A DNA stretch of 64,000 nucleotides from Candidatus Latescibacterota bacterium (GTDB taxonomy: Bacteria; Latescibacterota; UBA2968; SICM01), in the NCBI GenBank assembly GCA_965217865.1, contig CBDCJO010000002.1, positions 2,880,001-2,944,000 on the forward strand, written 5' to 3'. The position numbers and the translations under genes are program-made. This document shows, in pieces, positions 39,124-49,610 of this stretch (its first letter is position 1; each line of letters begins with the position of its first letter). A model generated the notes under the pieces. It was given only the letters and a program-made list of their open reading frames with translations. It did no database searches and was not told the origin of the DNA.

Positions 39124-39999
39124 GTGTCCAGACCAGTGAGCAGGCCGAATACGCCTAAGTCGTACACCTTTAAAGATGACTCTTTGGACCAATATCTTCA
39201 GGAGATCGGCGATGAAAATCTCCTGTCATCCGAAGAGGAAGTGGAACTCGCAAAAAGAATAAAGCAAGGAGATCATCGCGCACTGGAGCGGTTAACCAAG
39301 GCAAACCTCCGTTTTGTGGTCAGCGTGGCCAAGCAGTATCAGAACAGAGGGCTTTCTCTTGGTGACCTCATCAACGAAGGAAACCTTGGCCTGATCAAAG
39401 CGGCCAGGCGTTTCGATGAGAGAAAGGGTTTCAAGTTCATCTCATACGCCGTATGGTGGATTCGTCAGGCCATTCTCCAGGCACTGGCAGAACAATCCCG
39501 AATCGTCCGTCTTCCCCTCAATCGAGTGGGGACCCTCCACAAGATCGGAAAAGCCTTCAACGGTCTTGAACAGGAATACGGCCGGCAACCCAGTGCTATG
39601 GAGATCGCCGATGAGTTGGACATGACCCCCAATGAGGTCATGGATACCCTTCAGATCTCCAGCCGCCATCTCTCCCTCGACGCACCGTTCAACGATCAAA
39701 ACGAAAATCGTCTCCTCGACATCCTTGAAGATGAAATGCAGCCTTCTCCGGATGAAGAGGCCATGACCGATTCTCTCCGCCAGGAGGTGAAGAAAGTCCT
39801 CAACACCCTGACCCCTCGTGAAGCGGAGGTGATAAGCCTCTACTTCGGAATCGCGCACGACAACCCCCTGACCCTGGAGGAGATCGGCGACAGGTTCGGA
39901 CTCACGCGTGAGCGGGTTCGGCAGATCAAAGAGAAGGCCATCGGCAGACTCCGACACGCCTCCCGCAGCCGGCCTTTGCGGGCTTACATGAAGAGCTGA
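39124..39999 (+). CDS. RpoD/SigA-family sigma factor (short form, no region 1.1)
   Basis: [46 protein letters not shown]. Confidence 0.95.
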   Translation: MSRPVSRPNTPKSYTFKDDSLDQYLQEIGDENLLSSEEEVELAKRIKQGDHRALERLTKANLRFVVSVAKQYQNRGLSLGDLINEGNLGLIKAARRFDERKGFKFISYAVWWIRQAILQALAEQSRIVRLPLNRVGTLHKIGKAFNGLEQEYGRQPSAMEIADELDMTPNEVMDTLQISSRHLSLDAPFNDQNENRLLDILEDEMQPSPDEEAMTDSLRQEVKKVLNTLTPREAEVISLYFGIAHDNPLTLEEIGDRFGLTRERVRQIKEKAIGRLRHASRSRPLRAYMKS

Positions 40000-40025
40000 C
40001 GACCGAACAAAGGCTTTCATCCGAC

Positions 40026-40071
40026 AAGACAAAGGGCCACAGCGAATCTTTCCGCTGTGGCCCTTTGTCTT
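40026..40071 (+). terminator. long hairpin terminator after the sigma factor
   Basis: 19-bp perfect inverted repeat AAGACAAAGGGCCACAGCG / CGCTGTGGCCCTTTGTCTT. Confidence 0.8.
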
Positions 40072-40313
40072 GCTTTCTCGCTTCTCTCTTTCATGGTCGA
40101 ATTTCAGAAACTAACTACTTTCCAGCCCATCCGCTCGTTCCGGAGGCCTATCAACCATAAAGAGATTTTCAAACACTTCCTTTAACTTATCCGCCGCTTG
40201 TCTTGAAACATTCCTGCCATTCCCGCTATAGCTGCAACCCCATAGTTTTCTTGCAGCTGCCATCCTTCCCTAATCTTCGCGCTTCTGACAAACCCATCCG
40301 TCCTATAAATTTT

Positions 40314-41210
40314 GGTGATTGAGTAGATATTGGCACCAGCGTATATTAATAATATGCTGGTAATTAATCCACTTAAGTTAGCAAATGACTGCAAGATAAG
40401 TAGGGCCTATTTTCGTGCAGCCCGTTGGGGTGGAAAAAGGCGATGTCCAAGCTGCGATTATCAGCGCAGGTTGCCCTTATTAAAAGACGATCGGTTCAGG
40501 TGTTCACGGTGTGGATATCGGTTTAAAGATTTCACGGGCACTTATCTTGAAAGGCTTCGAATTTCATTTGACGAGCTTGCCCATTTACTTTATCTGTTTG
40601 TATTGGGAGTGCCCTCTTACCGATCCAGGCACTACCTGTCCGTATCGCTGAAAACGGCTCAGCGGATTTATACCACGTTTCGCCAGGCCATCTACGATCA
40701 TAGCTTTACGGACCAGGTGCTTTGGGGTGAGATCGAGTTGGACGAGGCGATGTATGGAGGTCATCATAAGGGTAAGCGTGGATGGGGAGCAGCCGGAAAA
40801 CACTTGGTTTTCGGGCTTTATCAGAGGAACGGAAAAGTCCTCACCTTTCCCATTCCGGATCGAAGTCGAAACACCCTTACACCGCTTGTGACCTCACACA
40901 CCAAAGCAGGCAGTCTATACTACACCGATGACTGGCACGCCTACACTTGGCTGTCAGTCAAAGGTGACCACGTGGTTGTTCGAAAAGAAGAAGGGGTGCC
41001 CAAAGGCAAAGGCCGACATCACATCAATGGCATCGAAGGCTTCTGGAGTTTTTCTAAAAATTGGCTATATCAATACAGAGGAATCCCTCGACATCATTTC
41101 CATTTATACCTGAAGGAAACAGAGTTCAGATTCAACCAGGAAGACGAGGATCTCTTCCCAATTATTGCTTCATATCTGGTGAATCTGGTACCAATATCTT
41201 CCTAATTACC
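40314..41210 (+). mobile_element. IS1595-family insertion sequence (complete, 897 bp)
   Basis: 26-bp terminal inverted repeats (21/26 match) at 40314-40339 and 41185-41210, flanked by the direct repeat AAATTTT (40307-40313 and 41211-41217). Confidence 0.9.
40354..41205 (+). CDS. IS1595-family DDE transposase
   Basis: Zn ribbon CPSC..CSRC, EIELDE, GKRGWGA, YTDDW, HINGIEGFWS, YLKE.EFRFN. Confidence 0.93.
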   Translation: MLVINPLKLANDCKISRAYFRAARWGGKRRCPSCDYQRRLPLLKDDRFRCSRCGYRFKDFTGTYLERLRISFDELAHLLYLFVLGVPSYRSRHYLSVSLKTAQRIYTTFRQAIYDHSFTDQVLWGEIELDEAMYGGHHKGKRGWGAAGKHLVFGLYQRNGKVLTFPIPDRSRNTLTPLVTSHTKAGSLYYTDDWHAYTWLSVKGDHVVVRKEEGVPKGKGRHHINGIEGFWSFSKNWLYQYRGIPRHHFHLYLKETEFRFNQEDEDLFPIIASYLVNLVPISS

Positions 41211-41216
41211 AAATTT

Positions 41217-41756
41217 TTACCCAACCTTATATTTTTGTGCCCTGCGGTACCGCAGCCATAGCCAGACAAGCACCCCAACCAGTGCGATGACGTTTGGCCA
41301 GAAGATCAAGGGATGGCCCCAGTTGACCCCCTCAAAGGTCCACGAGGACACGGGATATAGAAACGGCGTCTGAAATCGTTCGTGAGTGGGCATATCCATC
41401 AGGATGTTAAGCGCGTAGGGAAGGCCGAACCACAGCAGGTGGCGCCTCCCGGTCAGGGTTATCAGGGCCATCGCCGCGGCCAGGATCACCAGACTGTGGG
41501 TGTAGACATAGTAGTTGTTGTAGACCTCGACCAGGTCAGGAGGCAGGGGCGGGCCGTCGGAAAACCAGATTTCCGGATCCGGACTTATACCCCGTGACAG
41601 TCCCGACCAGCCGTCTTCGATCGCCCACTTTACCCTCGGGGGGATGAAGGTGAGCAGGTCCGGTGCCGCACCCGCCATCGCCCCCAGCCATGCGGTCTTT
41701 CGTCCCCGCCATCGAAGCGATGCATAACCCCAACCCGCGTGCGATACAAAGTCCAT
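41217..41756 (-). CDS. membrane metal-dependent hydrolase (YdjM-like)
   Basis: SH, APDL, THSL, DMPTH, LYP; hydrophobic segments. Confidence 0.7.
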   Translation of the reverse strand: MDFVSHAGWGYASLRWRGRKTAWLGAMAGAAPDLLTFIPPRVKWAIEDGWSGLSRGISPDPEIWFSDGPPLPPDLVEVYNNYYVYTHSLVILAAAMALITLTGRRHLLWFGLPYALNILMDMPTHERFQTPFLYPVSSWTFEGVNWGHPLIFWPNVIALVGVLVWLWLRYRRAQKYKVG

Positions 41757-41843
41757 ATTAAAAATGCCCCCGGAGGTCAAAAGTCACGAGTTCAAAGTCA
41801 GACCCAACGATTAACGACTTTTGACTCGTGACCTGTCACGGGT

Positions 41844-42992
41844 TTATAATTTCATGAGAAGCGCTGCGAGCAAAGCGGTCCGGATCGGCAAGGCGTCAAC
41901 CTCGATGTGCTCGTGGACGGCGTGGGCGCCATCCCCGGGACAACCCAAACCGTCCAGAGTCGGCACCCCGAGTGCGGCGGTAAAATTGCCATCGCTTGCC
42001 CCGCCCGTGGAACCCTCCTGGAGTTCTAATCCAAGCCCCGTTCCGATTTGCTTCGCCCGTTGAAACAGGGATGCGATCACGGGCGTCCGCTCCATGGGGG
42101 GACGGGGGAATCCCCCCCGTGGGTTGACCGCCACGCCAGGTATGGCGGGCTTTGCATTTAGAATACCTTCCCGGATCCGTTCGGATTCCGCCCGGGTCCA
42201 GACCCGCACGTCGATCTCCGCCTCCGCACGATCTGGGATTACGTTGGTTCGTGTCCCGCCTCTGACAATCCCCACATTTACAGTCGTTCCTTCTGACGGC
42301 CTGCTCAAACCGCTCAGATACAAAATCTGATGCGCGAGTTCCTGTATAGCGCTCAACCCCTTTTCCGGATCGATACCTGCGTGGGCGGACCTTCCTTCGA
42401 TTTCGACCACGAAGCGGCCGACGCCCTTCCGGGCTGTTTTCAATGTAGCGTTGGGCAACGGGGGCTCCATCACGAGAACATATTCAGCTTTCCCGGCTTC
42501 CTCCTCGATTAAGGAACGCGAGGTTTGACTTCCGACCTCTTCATCTGAGGTCAGGACGATCACCACCGGTCGAGGAAGCTTCCACGCAAGATCAAGCACC
42601 GCGCGACACGCAAACTCTGCCATGACGATACTGGTTTTCATATCAAATACACCTGCCCCGAACGCCATGCCATCCTGAATCCGGAAAGGCCGCTGGGCTA
42701 CGGTTCCCAACGGCCAGACGGTGTCGAAATGACCCAGTATCATGGCGGGTCGAACAGCTGGATCGCCGGAGCCTCCCGGAAAAACTGCCTGAATGTGGTT
42801 TCCACTATCCGGATTTTCAAGGATGTTCACCTTTGCTCCGGCCTCCCGATAGCGGCGGTCCACGAGCTGGGCGAATGTGTCCAGCATGGGCTTTTCGTTG
42901 CTCGGTGACTCGTTATTGACGAGCTCCTCCAACGCCATCAGCATAGCCGGTTGTTGAGCACGAAGTTGCGCTGCCAGGATCTGGAAATCCAT
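41844..42992 (-). CDS. M20 metallopeptidase (carboxypeptidase G2-like; candidate N-succinylamino acid desuccinylase)
   Basis: GHFDTV, DMK, SDEEVGS, AHAG, GGASDGNF, GDGAH..E. Confidence 0.92.
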   Translation of the reverse strand: MDFQILAAQLRAQQPAMLMALEELVNNESPSNEKPMLDTFAQLVDRRYREAGAKVNILENPDSGNHIQAVFPGGSGDPAVRPAMILGHFDTVWPLGTVAQRPFRIQDGMAFGAGVFDMKTSIVMAEFACRAVLDLAWKLPRPVVIVLTSDEEVGSQTSRSLIEEEAGKAEYVLVMEPPLPNATLKTARKGVGRFVVEIEGRSAHAGIDPEKGLSAIQELAHQILYLSGLSRPSEGTTVNVGIVRGGTRTNVIPDRAEAEIDVRVWTRAESERIREGILNAKPAIPGVAVNPRGGFPRPPMERTPVIASLFQRAKQIGTGLGLELQEGSTGGASDGNFTAALGVPTLDGLGCPGDGAHAVHEHIEVDALPIRTALLAALLMKL

Positions 42993-43009
42993 ATGAAGCT
43001 TCCTCTATC

Positions 43010-44116
43010 TCAGGCATTCATGGAGATCACCCGGATGGCCTGGCGATGAATCCGCTCCTCATTCGGAGTATATCCAAGCCCTGGACCCTCGGGTAGCTTG
43101 ATAACCCCCTTGGAAGCTCGAATCGGAGGATCAACGATATCCTCCGCGAAATATTTATCTGATCCGGAAACATCGCCAGGGATGTCAAACCCGGGAAGGC
43201 TTGCAATCGCCAGATTTGCCGAACGCCCGACCCCGAACTCGTGCATGCCCCCACACCAAACTTGAACCCCGTTTGCCTGGCAGTAGTCGTGGACTCGTTT
43301 TGCCTGCAGAAGCCCGCCCAGACGGCTGACCTTGATGTTGATGATCCGACAGCTCCCTAGTTCCAGCGCTTTACGTGCATCCTCGACGGTATGGATGCTT
43401 TCATCGAGACAGATAGGCGTCTGTAGTTCCCTCTGGACTCTGGCGTGATCGATAATATCGTCGTATGCGAGGGGTTGCTCGATCATCATCAAATTGAAGG
43501 CGTCTAGCTGCTTCAAGAGCTTTAAATCGGATATGTCATAAGCCGAGTTGGCGTCTGCCATGAGGGGGATGTCCGGATAGCGCTCCCTGACTTGGCTGAT
43601 TACGTCGATATCACGGCCGGGGCCGATCTTCAGCTTGAACCGCCGGTAACCCTCATCCAGGAATCGATCGATCAGATTGAATAAGCGGCCGATATCTTGC
43701 TCGATTCCAAGGCTGACGCCTGAAAGAATTTCACTCCGGGTACCCCCCAAAAGTTGATGCAAAGGTTTTCCTTCTGTCCAGGCAAGGAGGTCCCAGGCCG
43801 CCATCTCGAGTCCGGCCTTCGCAAACCGATTCCGCCTCACCTTCTGGTAGCAGGCGGCCAACTCCTCGACGCCTCTCCACGACCGACCGAGAACCGAGGG
43901 GATGAGAAAATCCTTCAGAATATGCCAGCAGGTCTCGGTGGTCTCCTCGCAATAGTATGGGTCGACAGGGCTGGGGCATTCTCCCCAGCCCACACGGCCT
44001 TCGGAGAAAACCTTGACCAGGATATGATCCAGATGATCTCTCCGACTCGAGCTCGTCGTAAAGGAGTTGACAAGCTGCAGCCGGACGATCATGAGGTCAA
44101 CGCGGTCGATCCGCAA
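43010..44116 (-). CDS. menC: o-succinylbenzoate synthase / N-succinylamino acid racemase (NSAR/OSBS)
   Basis: Enolase superfamily: KLKIGPG, ADANSAY, IEQPL, CLDES, NIKVSRLGG, WCGGM, PGDVSGS. Confidence 0.88.
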   Translation of the reverse strand: MRIDRVDLMIVRLQLVNSFTTSSSRRDHLDHILVKVFSEGRVGWGECPSPVDPYYCEETTETCWHILKDFLIPSVLGRSWRGVEELAACYQKVRRNRFAKAGLEMAAWDLLAWTEGKPLHQLLGGTRSEILSGVSLGIEQDIGRLFNLIDRFLDEGYRRFKLKIGPGRDIDVISQVRERYPDIPLMADANSAYDISDLKLLKQLDAFNLMMIEQPLAYDDIIDHARVQRELQTPICLDESIHTVEDARKALELGSCRIINIKVSRLGGLLQAKRVHDYCQANGVQVWCGGMHEFGVGRSANLAIASLPGFDIPGDVSGSDKYFAEDIVDPPIRASKGVIKLPEGPGLGYTPNEERIHRQAIRVISMNA

Positions 44117-44199
44117 CGGAACCCCTCATTCTGAGTTCTGACTTCTATATTCTGCCTTCTCGATCCACGAATCACGAACGACGATCCACGGCCTTCCCA

Positions 44200-45447
44200 C
44201 TACTGAGCAAGCTCATCATACAGAGCCTGCCCCGCCCTTTCCGCGATCAGATATTTCCTGTCCCCGTCCTCACCGACCCCTTTGACGATGTATTTTCCTT
44301 CCTCGTGTCCGATATAATGCCCGAATATCTTATCCGTAACTTCTCGCCACCTACGTGCCTGCTGAAGGTTCTCCTTTTGTAACCGGGTCCAGGCCGCCGG
44401 TATCTCAATGGCCAACATTCGAGCATCTTCTTCAAGACTCATCTCCTCGTACCCCTTGTTGACCCGCGGAATCTCGGTGTTTCCATCCAGATTAAGAATG
44501 GCTCGTCTTGATGGCGTGGACAACGCCTGTTTAACGCCTTCCGTGCGAACCAGCCACGTGATCCCGAACCGGGACGCCGTCACTTGATTCAGGACATTCC
44601 TGAATGAATAGTAATCCGGATGAAAATCAAGAGCCAGCGCCCTCAACCCGCCATAATTTAGGACTGCATTATGATATTGCAAGGGATCAACGGTCCAGTT
44701 GATCAATCCGATCCCTTCATTTAGGGCGTTTATCGCCTGGAGTTTCTTGAGATGAAACCCGATTCCCAGGCCGCGGTGTTTGGATAATACACCCAGCAAC
44801 TGAGATTCGATACGAAAACGTCCTTGGAATTTCTGGTCCCACGAATCCGGCAGTTGCTGGCCCCCAAATTTATAGAACCCGAACAAGAACCCCACGGGCT
44901 CATCGCGAACTCTGGCGACCAGGGATGTGCCTGTACGAAAGATGTTGGAATGGATGTCGCTCGGATAAATGAAACCCGGATCTCCGCGCCAGATTTCTTG
45001 TTGAAGGATACGAATGGACCGGGCTTCAGAAGCGTCTGGCCTTCCGAAATCTACCTCGTCCTGACGATGAAGGGTGCTTCTTTCGAATGAAAGATCCGAT
45101 TGGAGATCATAAAAGAAAACTTTGTTCCCAAGGAGTTCTTCAACTTTGAAGACAAGACCTGATTGATCGATCGCGGCTTCCGGATGAGCCTTATGGAATC
45201 TCAGGGTATATTCATGAATGCCATCACGCGCGATGCGGGGAAAGAGAAACCCCACCCCAATGATCCTGTTTTCTCTTTCAACCAAAATAATCTGGCCACC
45301 TATCTTTGGAAAGGTGGCCTTTAAGAAGTGTGGGGGAAATAAAAACGGGTTGTCCGGAGAACCCAGAGTTTCCCGAAGACCATCGATATCCGCTGACCGT
45401 GAATCACCTTCGGAAAGTAAAAAGGAAACCTCTTGTTGGGAACCCAT
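44200..45447 (-). CDS. GNAT acyltransferase of the NSAR operon type, with an extra N-terminal half
   Basis: LQQEIW, VGFLFGF, ESQLLGV..RGLGIG.LKK.Q, WTVDPLQ..NA.LN, W. Confidence 0.75.
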   Translation of the reverse strand: MGSQQEVSFLLSEGDSRSADIDGLRETLGSPDNPFLFPPHFLKATFPKIGGQIILVERENRIIGVGFLFPRIARDGIHEYTLRFHKAHPEAAIDQSGLVFKVEELLGNKVFFYDLQSDLSFERSTLHRQDEVDFGRPDASEARSIRILQQEIWRGDPGFIYPSDIHSNIFRTGTSLVARVRDEPVGFLFGFYKFGGQQLPDSWDQKFQGRFRIESQLLGVLSKHRGLGIGFHLKKLQAINALNEGIGLINWTVDPLQYHNAVLNYGGLRALALDFHPDYYSFRNVLNQVTASRFGITWLVRTEGVKQALSTPSRRAILNLDGNTEIPRVNKGYEEMSLEEDARMLAIEIPAAWTRLQKENLQQARRWREVTDKIFGHYIGHEEGKYIVKGVGEDGDRKYLIAERAGQALYDELAQ

Positions 45448-45557
45448 GTCACAACCACAATCCCGGACTCAGTCGATCGTTGAACACACAACGATCCGGG
45501 CAAAGGGACATACAACACACGAATCGATCGATAATTTTGGCCTTTCCCACGCGCAGC

Positions 45558-46142
45558 CTAATGGAAAACATATTGTGTAAAATAGATCTCTTCAGCCCTC
45601 CCCTTGGTCAATATGCCGTTGACGGCTTCCCTGATATCTTCCCTCAGCCTCTCCTGATCGTCGACATCGTCCAGTTCCTCCCCGGGTTTAAGCGACACTT
45701 GGTACAGGATTAAATCCTTGATCCGTGCGAGATTTTTTCCGGCCACCAGAGCGGTTTCGTGCGTGTTGAACTTGATCTTGGCCTTGAGAATGATGTAGTG
45801 CAGTTCCCCCCCCTGGGTTGTGCTCGTCGTAACCTGCCCGACATCGAGAAGATCTCCGTGGACGTTCTCGCTTCCCTCCTCTTTCTCCCCACCCCCGCCA
45901 CCGCCTCCGTGGCCCTGTTCCCCCCCTCCGCTTTGCTCCTCTTCCTCCCATGCCTCCTCGGATACCTCCCCCATCTCCTCTCCCTCCATCTTGGGAACGA
46001 AGACGTGGAATATCGCCCAGTATCCGATCCCGACCTGCCCGATCAGGACAATAAATATCAGGATGAAAAAGTGTTTAGCTCTTCCGGGGGCAGGAGGCGG
46101 GGGGGCTGGCGACTCCTCTTCTGTGGTTTCTTCCTCGGCCAT
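45558..46142 (-). CDS. fliL: flagellar basal body protein FliL-like
   Basis: N-terminal TM helix, acidic/Gly linker, RIKDLIL..K..EL..LREDI..N, EIYFTQYVFH. Confidence 0.8.
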   Translation of the reverse strand: MAEEETTEEESPAPPPPAPGRAKHFFILIFIVLIGQVGIGYWAIFHVFVPKMEGEEMGEVSEEAWEEEEQSGGGEQGHGGGGGGGEKEEGSENVHGDLLDVGQVTTSTTQGGELHYIILKAKIKFNTHETALVAGKNLARIKDLILYQVSLKPGEELDDVDDQERLREDIREAVNGILTKGRAEEIYFTQYVFH

Positions 46143-46309
46143 GGAAAACCGGTATGGATGTGACGTCCGAACGACGCCTTTTATCGGGTGTTTTTTAGCT
46201 GGTTTCTGTCTTGATTTCCCCGAACCCGGGTGTTATCTTCACACCGGGTTAAGCATAGAACATATCACGAATATTATAAATACGATATGGACCAAAATGC
46301 AAGGAGAAA

Positions 46310-47218
46310 TTGATGTCCATCGATAAAGTGGTCATCCCGGTGGCTGGTCTGGGAACGCGACTCCTCCCCGCCACAAAGTCACAGCCCAAGGAAATGCTCC
46401 CGATCGGCCGCAAGCCTATCGTCCAGTATGTCGTTGAGGAGATGGTCGGGCAGGGACTGCGTAAGTTCCTTTTTGTCACCGGCCGTAACAAGAGGTCCAT
46501 AGAAGACCATTTTGACGTTGACCCGGAGCTTATCAACCGTTTGTCAGAGGCAGGCGATCAGGACCTGCTCGATGAAATTCCGGATGTGCAGGAAGGGGTC
46601 GAGTTCTTCTACACCCGCCAGCCAATAACAACCGGCCGGAGCGCCCCGGCGGGATTGGGGGCCGCGGTCGGCCTTTCCGAAGAGTTCGTGGGTGGAGAAC
46701 CTTTTGTGGTTGCCCTCGGGGACACCATCATTAAACCGGGCAATCATTCCGGCCTGGTCAAGCGTATGATCAAATCCCATCTCAAGCACCAATCCGGATG
46801 CACGCTGGCCGTGTTCGAGGTGGAGCCCGATCAGGTCAGCCGATATGGAATCGTTGAACCCGGGGGACGAATCGGGAGTGAGTTTTTCGTCAAGGACCTT
46901 GTGGAAAAACCCCTTGCAGCCGACGCGCCAAGTCGATTTGCAATCGCCGCCCGGTATGTGCTTCATCCGGACATATTCAAAGCAATCCGGGTTACACCGC
47001 CAGGCATTCACGGTGAAATTTGGCTTACAGATGCCATCCGGATCATGATCAGACAGGGAAGTACAGTACGTTGCGTCCGCTTGAAGCCCGATGAAGCCCG
47101 TTACGACATCGGCAACCCCGAGTCCTATTTCAAGGCGTTCATCGACTTTGCCCTTGGGGACAAACGCTATGGGTACCTGATTCGACAATACATCCAGAAG
47201 CGCCTGAGAGAAACCTGA
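46310..47218 (+). CDS. galU: UTP-glucose-1-phosphate uridylyltransferase-like
   Basis: VIPVAGLGTRLLPATKSQPKEMLP, VEKP, GEIWLTDAI, RYDIG. Upstream TTGATT-N17-TATCTT. Confidence 0.85.
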   Translation: MMSIDKVVIPVAGLGTRLLPATKSQPKEMLPIGRKPIVQYVVEEMVGQGLRKFLFVTGRNKRSIEDHFDVDPELINRLSEAGDQDLLDEIPDVQEGVEFFYTRQPITTGRSAPAGLGAAVGLSEEFVGGEPFVVALGDTIIKPGNHSGLVKRMIKSHLKHQSGCTLAVFEVEPDQVSRYGIVEPGGRIGSEFFVKDLVEKPLAADAPSRFAIAARYVLHPDIFKAIRVTPPGIHGEIWLTDAIRIMIRQGSTVRCVRLKPDEARYDIGNPESYFKAFIDFALGDKRYGYLIRQYIQKRLRET

Positions 47219-47220
47219 AG

Positions 47221-48303
47221 ATGGCGTCAACTGCCATACAGGCTTTCTTCTGCTCCGCCCCGGGAAGAGCTGGGATCATTGGAAATCCCACGGATATGTA
47301 CGGTGGTACGGTCATCTCATGCTCCACGACAGAGCGGGCAGCTGTGCTGGTCGAGCCCGCCAGAAGGATGACTTTCGAGGTGGCCGGAAAGTGCTTCGAG
47401 GTCCGAGGACCCGGAGATCTTTTTCTCGATGGAAGCTATTTCGGTGTGGCAAAGGCTGTCGTCGATTTTCTCGATATCCCCGGTACTCCATGTCGTATTC
47501 GCTGGGCTTGTGACGTACCATTTGCGGCCGGTCTATCCAGTTCCTCCGCGATGATCGTCGCCCTGATGAACGGACTCCTGGCATTTCTAGGGCGATCGTA
47601 TAACCGCTTTCAACTTGCCGAGATGGCCCGACAAGTCGACCTCCATTACATGGGTACCCTCTGCGGTTATCAGGATCCCTACATGTGCACCTGGGGCGGG
47701 ATCAACTACATGGATTTCAGGGAAAAGGAGTTCTATCGAAGCATCGGGGAAGAGCCATACGGCACGGTCGAGTGTTTGACTCCCGAGGTCGACGAACTTC
47801 CCTTCGTCCTCGCTCATACCGGCGTCCAGCGAAATTCCGGATCGATCCACAAACCGATTCGGGAAAAGTGGCTGGAAGGAGATCCGGACATCCGACAGGG
47901 TTACCTCCGGATCGCACACCTGGCGAGGGTTGGAAAACGAGCTCTTCTCGCCGGGGATTGGGAACTGTTGGGAGACTTGATGACCGAGAACCACGAGATC
48001 CAGCGGGATTTTGGTGGATCAGGGCCGGAAAATGAAACACTCATCGAGGCTGCCATGGAGAGCGGTTCGCTCGGTGCGAAGTTGGCGGGGGCTGGGGGGG
48101 GCGGAACGATCATCGCCCTCTGCCCGGGGGAAAAAGCCCGAGAGCGTGCAATCGCATCTTTAAAAGAGGCCGGAGCATCTCGTCTTATGTTCCCCAAGCC
48201 GTCACACGGGGTGATCGCAACCCCCCTAGAAGGGGCTGGGGCGATTCGGAAGGCGGAGAGAGATCTGGCCCGTCGGGCTTCGGAGGAGACCCACAGGAAA
48301 TAA
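47221..48303 (+). CDS. GHMP-family sugar kinase (glucuronokinase-like)
   Basis: APGRAGIIGNPTD.YGG, PFAAGLSSSSA, CGYQD, GAKLAGAGGGG. Confidence 0.85.
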   Translation: MASTAIQAFFCSAPGRAGIIGNPTDMYGGTVISCSTTERAAVLVEPARRMTFEVAGKCFEVRGPGDLFLDGSYFGVAKAVVDFLDIPGTPCRIRWACDVPFAAGLSSSSAMIVALMNGLLAFLGRSYNRFQLAEMARQVDLHYMGTLCGYQDPYMCTWGGINYMDFREKEFYRSIGEEPYGTVECLTPEVDELPFVLAHTGVQRNSGSIHKPIREKWLEGDPDIRQGYLRIAHLARVGKRALLAGDWELLGDLMTENHEIQRDFGGSGPENETLIEAAMESGSLGAKLAGAGGGGTIIALCPGEKARERAIASLKEAGASRLMFPKPSHGVIATPLEGAGAIRKAERDLARRASEETHRK

Positions 48304-48326
48304 CCGGGCATCCGATAAAGGAAACC

Positions 48327-49610
48327 ATGAACATCGCACTCGACTACGGGTTAGAAGTTCTTGAAATCGACATCCCGGATTGGGTTCATCTTGATATCTT
48401 AAGCCTGAAGGGGCTCCCAAAGATTTCGGACCCGAAGATCGCCGTTGAGGAGGCCATCAACCGTCCCATTGGCTCGCCTTCCCTTTCGAACCTCGCCCGG
48501 GATCGGAACAGCGCCTGCATCGTCATCTCCGACATCACCCGACCGGTCCCGAATCGGATTATCCTCCCTCCGCTACTCAAAACGCTGGAAACTGCCGGGA
48601 TTGCACGGGATCAGATCACGATTCTGATCGGTACCGGGCTCCACAGGCCCAACGAAGGCGAGGAACTATTGGACATGCTCGGTCCCGAGATTCCCAAACG
48701 CTACCGGATCATCAACCACAGCGCCCGTCAAAAGGAGACCCACACCTTTCTTGGGGTGACGGGTAATGGCGCCCCGATCTGGGTGGATACCACCTACCTG
48801 AACGCCGAGCTTCGGATCGCCACCGCCCTCATCGAGCCGCACCTGATGGCGGGCTATTCCGGAGGGAGAAAGGCCATATGTCCGGGGATCTGCGGAGCGG
48901 AGACCATCCGTGCTTTCCACGGCTTTTCGATTTTGTCCCACGAACGCGCCACCGAGGGGGTGATCGAGAGCAATCCGGTTCACGAGTTCTCCCTGGAGGT
49001 CGCCCGGAAAGCCCGCGTGGATTTTATCCTGAACGTCACGATGGACCAGGACAGGGAGATCACGGGTGTTTTCGGTGGTGACCTGGAGCGGGCACACCGG
49101 GCTGGCGTTGAAACGGCCGAAAAGCAGGCCCTCGCGTGCATTCCAGAACCCGTAGACGTGGTCGTCACGACCAGTGCGGGCTATCCCCTCGACCTGACGT
49201 ACTACCAGGCAATAAAAGGCATGACAGCAGCACTCCCGATTGTTCGCGAGGGGGGAACGATCCTCATCGCGGCACGGTGTGCGGAGGGCTTAGGCAGCCG
49301 GGAGTTTCAGGAGGTCCTCTCCAACACGGAAAGTCCCGACGCTTTTTTCGAGGAGGCGGCTTCTCCGGATTTTTTCACCATCGACCAATGGCAGGTTCAG
49401 GAACTCTGTAAGGTTCTTCGGAAGGCGAGGGTTCTGTTCTTCAGTCATGGAATCCCGCCTGAATCTCAGGGCGATATTCTTGTCGACCTGGTCCCCTCTT
49501 TGGAAGAGGGCCTCGATCGCGTACTGTCCGAAACCGGTCCGGAAGCGCGTGTGGCGGTTATCCCTAAGGGCCCATACGTGCTCCCAAGGGTGGCGGAAGC
49601 GGTGACATGA
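48327..49610 (+). CDS. larA: nickel-pincer-dependent lactate racemase family protein
   Basis: SDITRP, GTGLHRP, NH, EPH..AGYSGGRK, GYPLD..YQ..KG, DQWQ, IP.GPY. Confidence 0.9.
   Translation: MNIALDYGLEVLEIDIPDWVHLDILSLKGLPKISDPKIAVEEAINRPIGSPSLSNLARDRNSACIVISDITRPVPNRIILPPLLKTLETAGIARDQITILIGTGLHRPNEGEELLDMLGPEIPKRYRIINHSARQKETHTFLGVTGNGAPIWVDTTYLNAELRIATALIEPHLMAGYSGGRKAICPGICGAETIRAFHGFSILSHERATEGVIESNPVHEFSLEVARKARVDFILNVTMDQDREITGVFGGDLERAHRAGVETAEKQALACIPEPVDVVVTTSAGYPLDLTYYQAIKGMTAALPIVREGGTILIAARCAEGLGSREFQEVLSNTESPDAFFEEAASPDFFTIDQWQVQELCKVLRKARVLFFSHGIPPESQGDILVDLVPSLEEGLDRVLSETGPEARVAVIPKGPYVLPRVAEAVT

Noticed and set aside
43010-44116. Evidence for a menaquinone (men) operon
   Set aside because: No other men genes are nearby, and the GNAT/M20 neighbours point to the NSAR role.
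46180-46210. CCCGATAA upstream of fliL as a sigma28 promoter
   Set aside because: The -10 is plausible but there is no TAAA at the right spacing.
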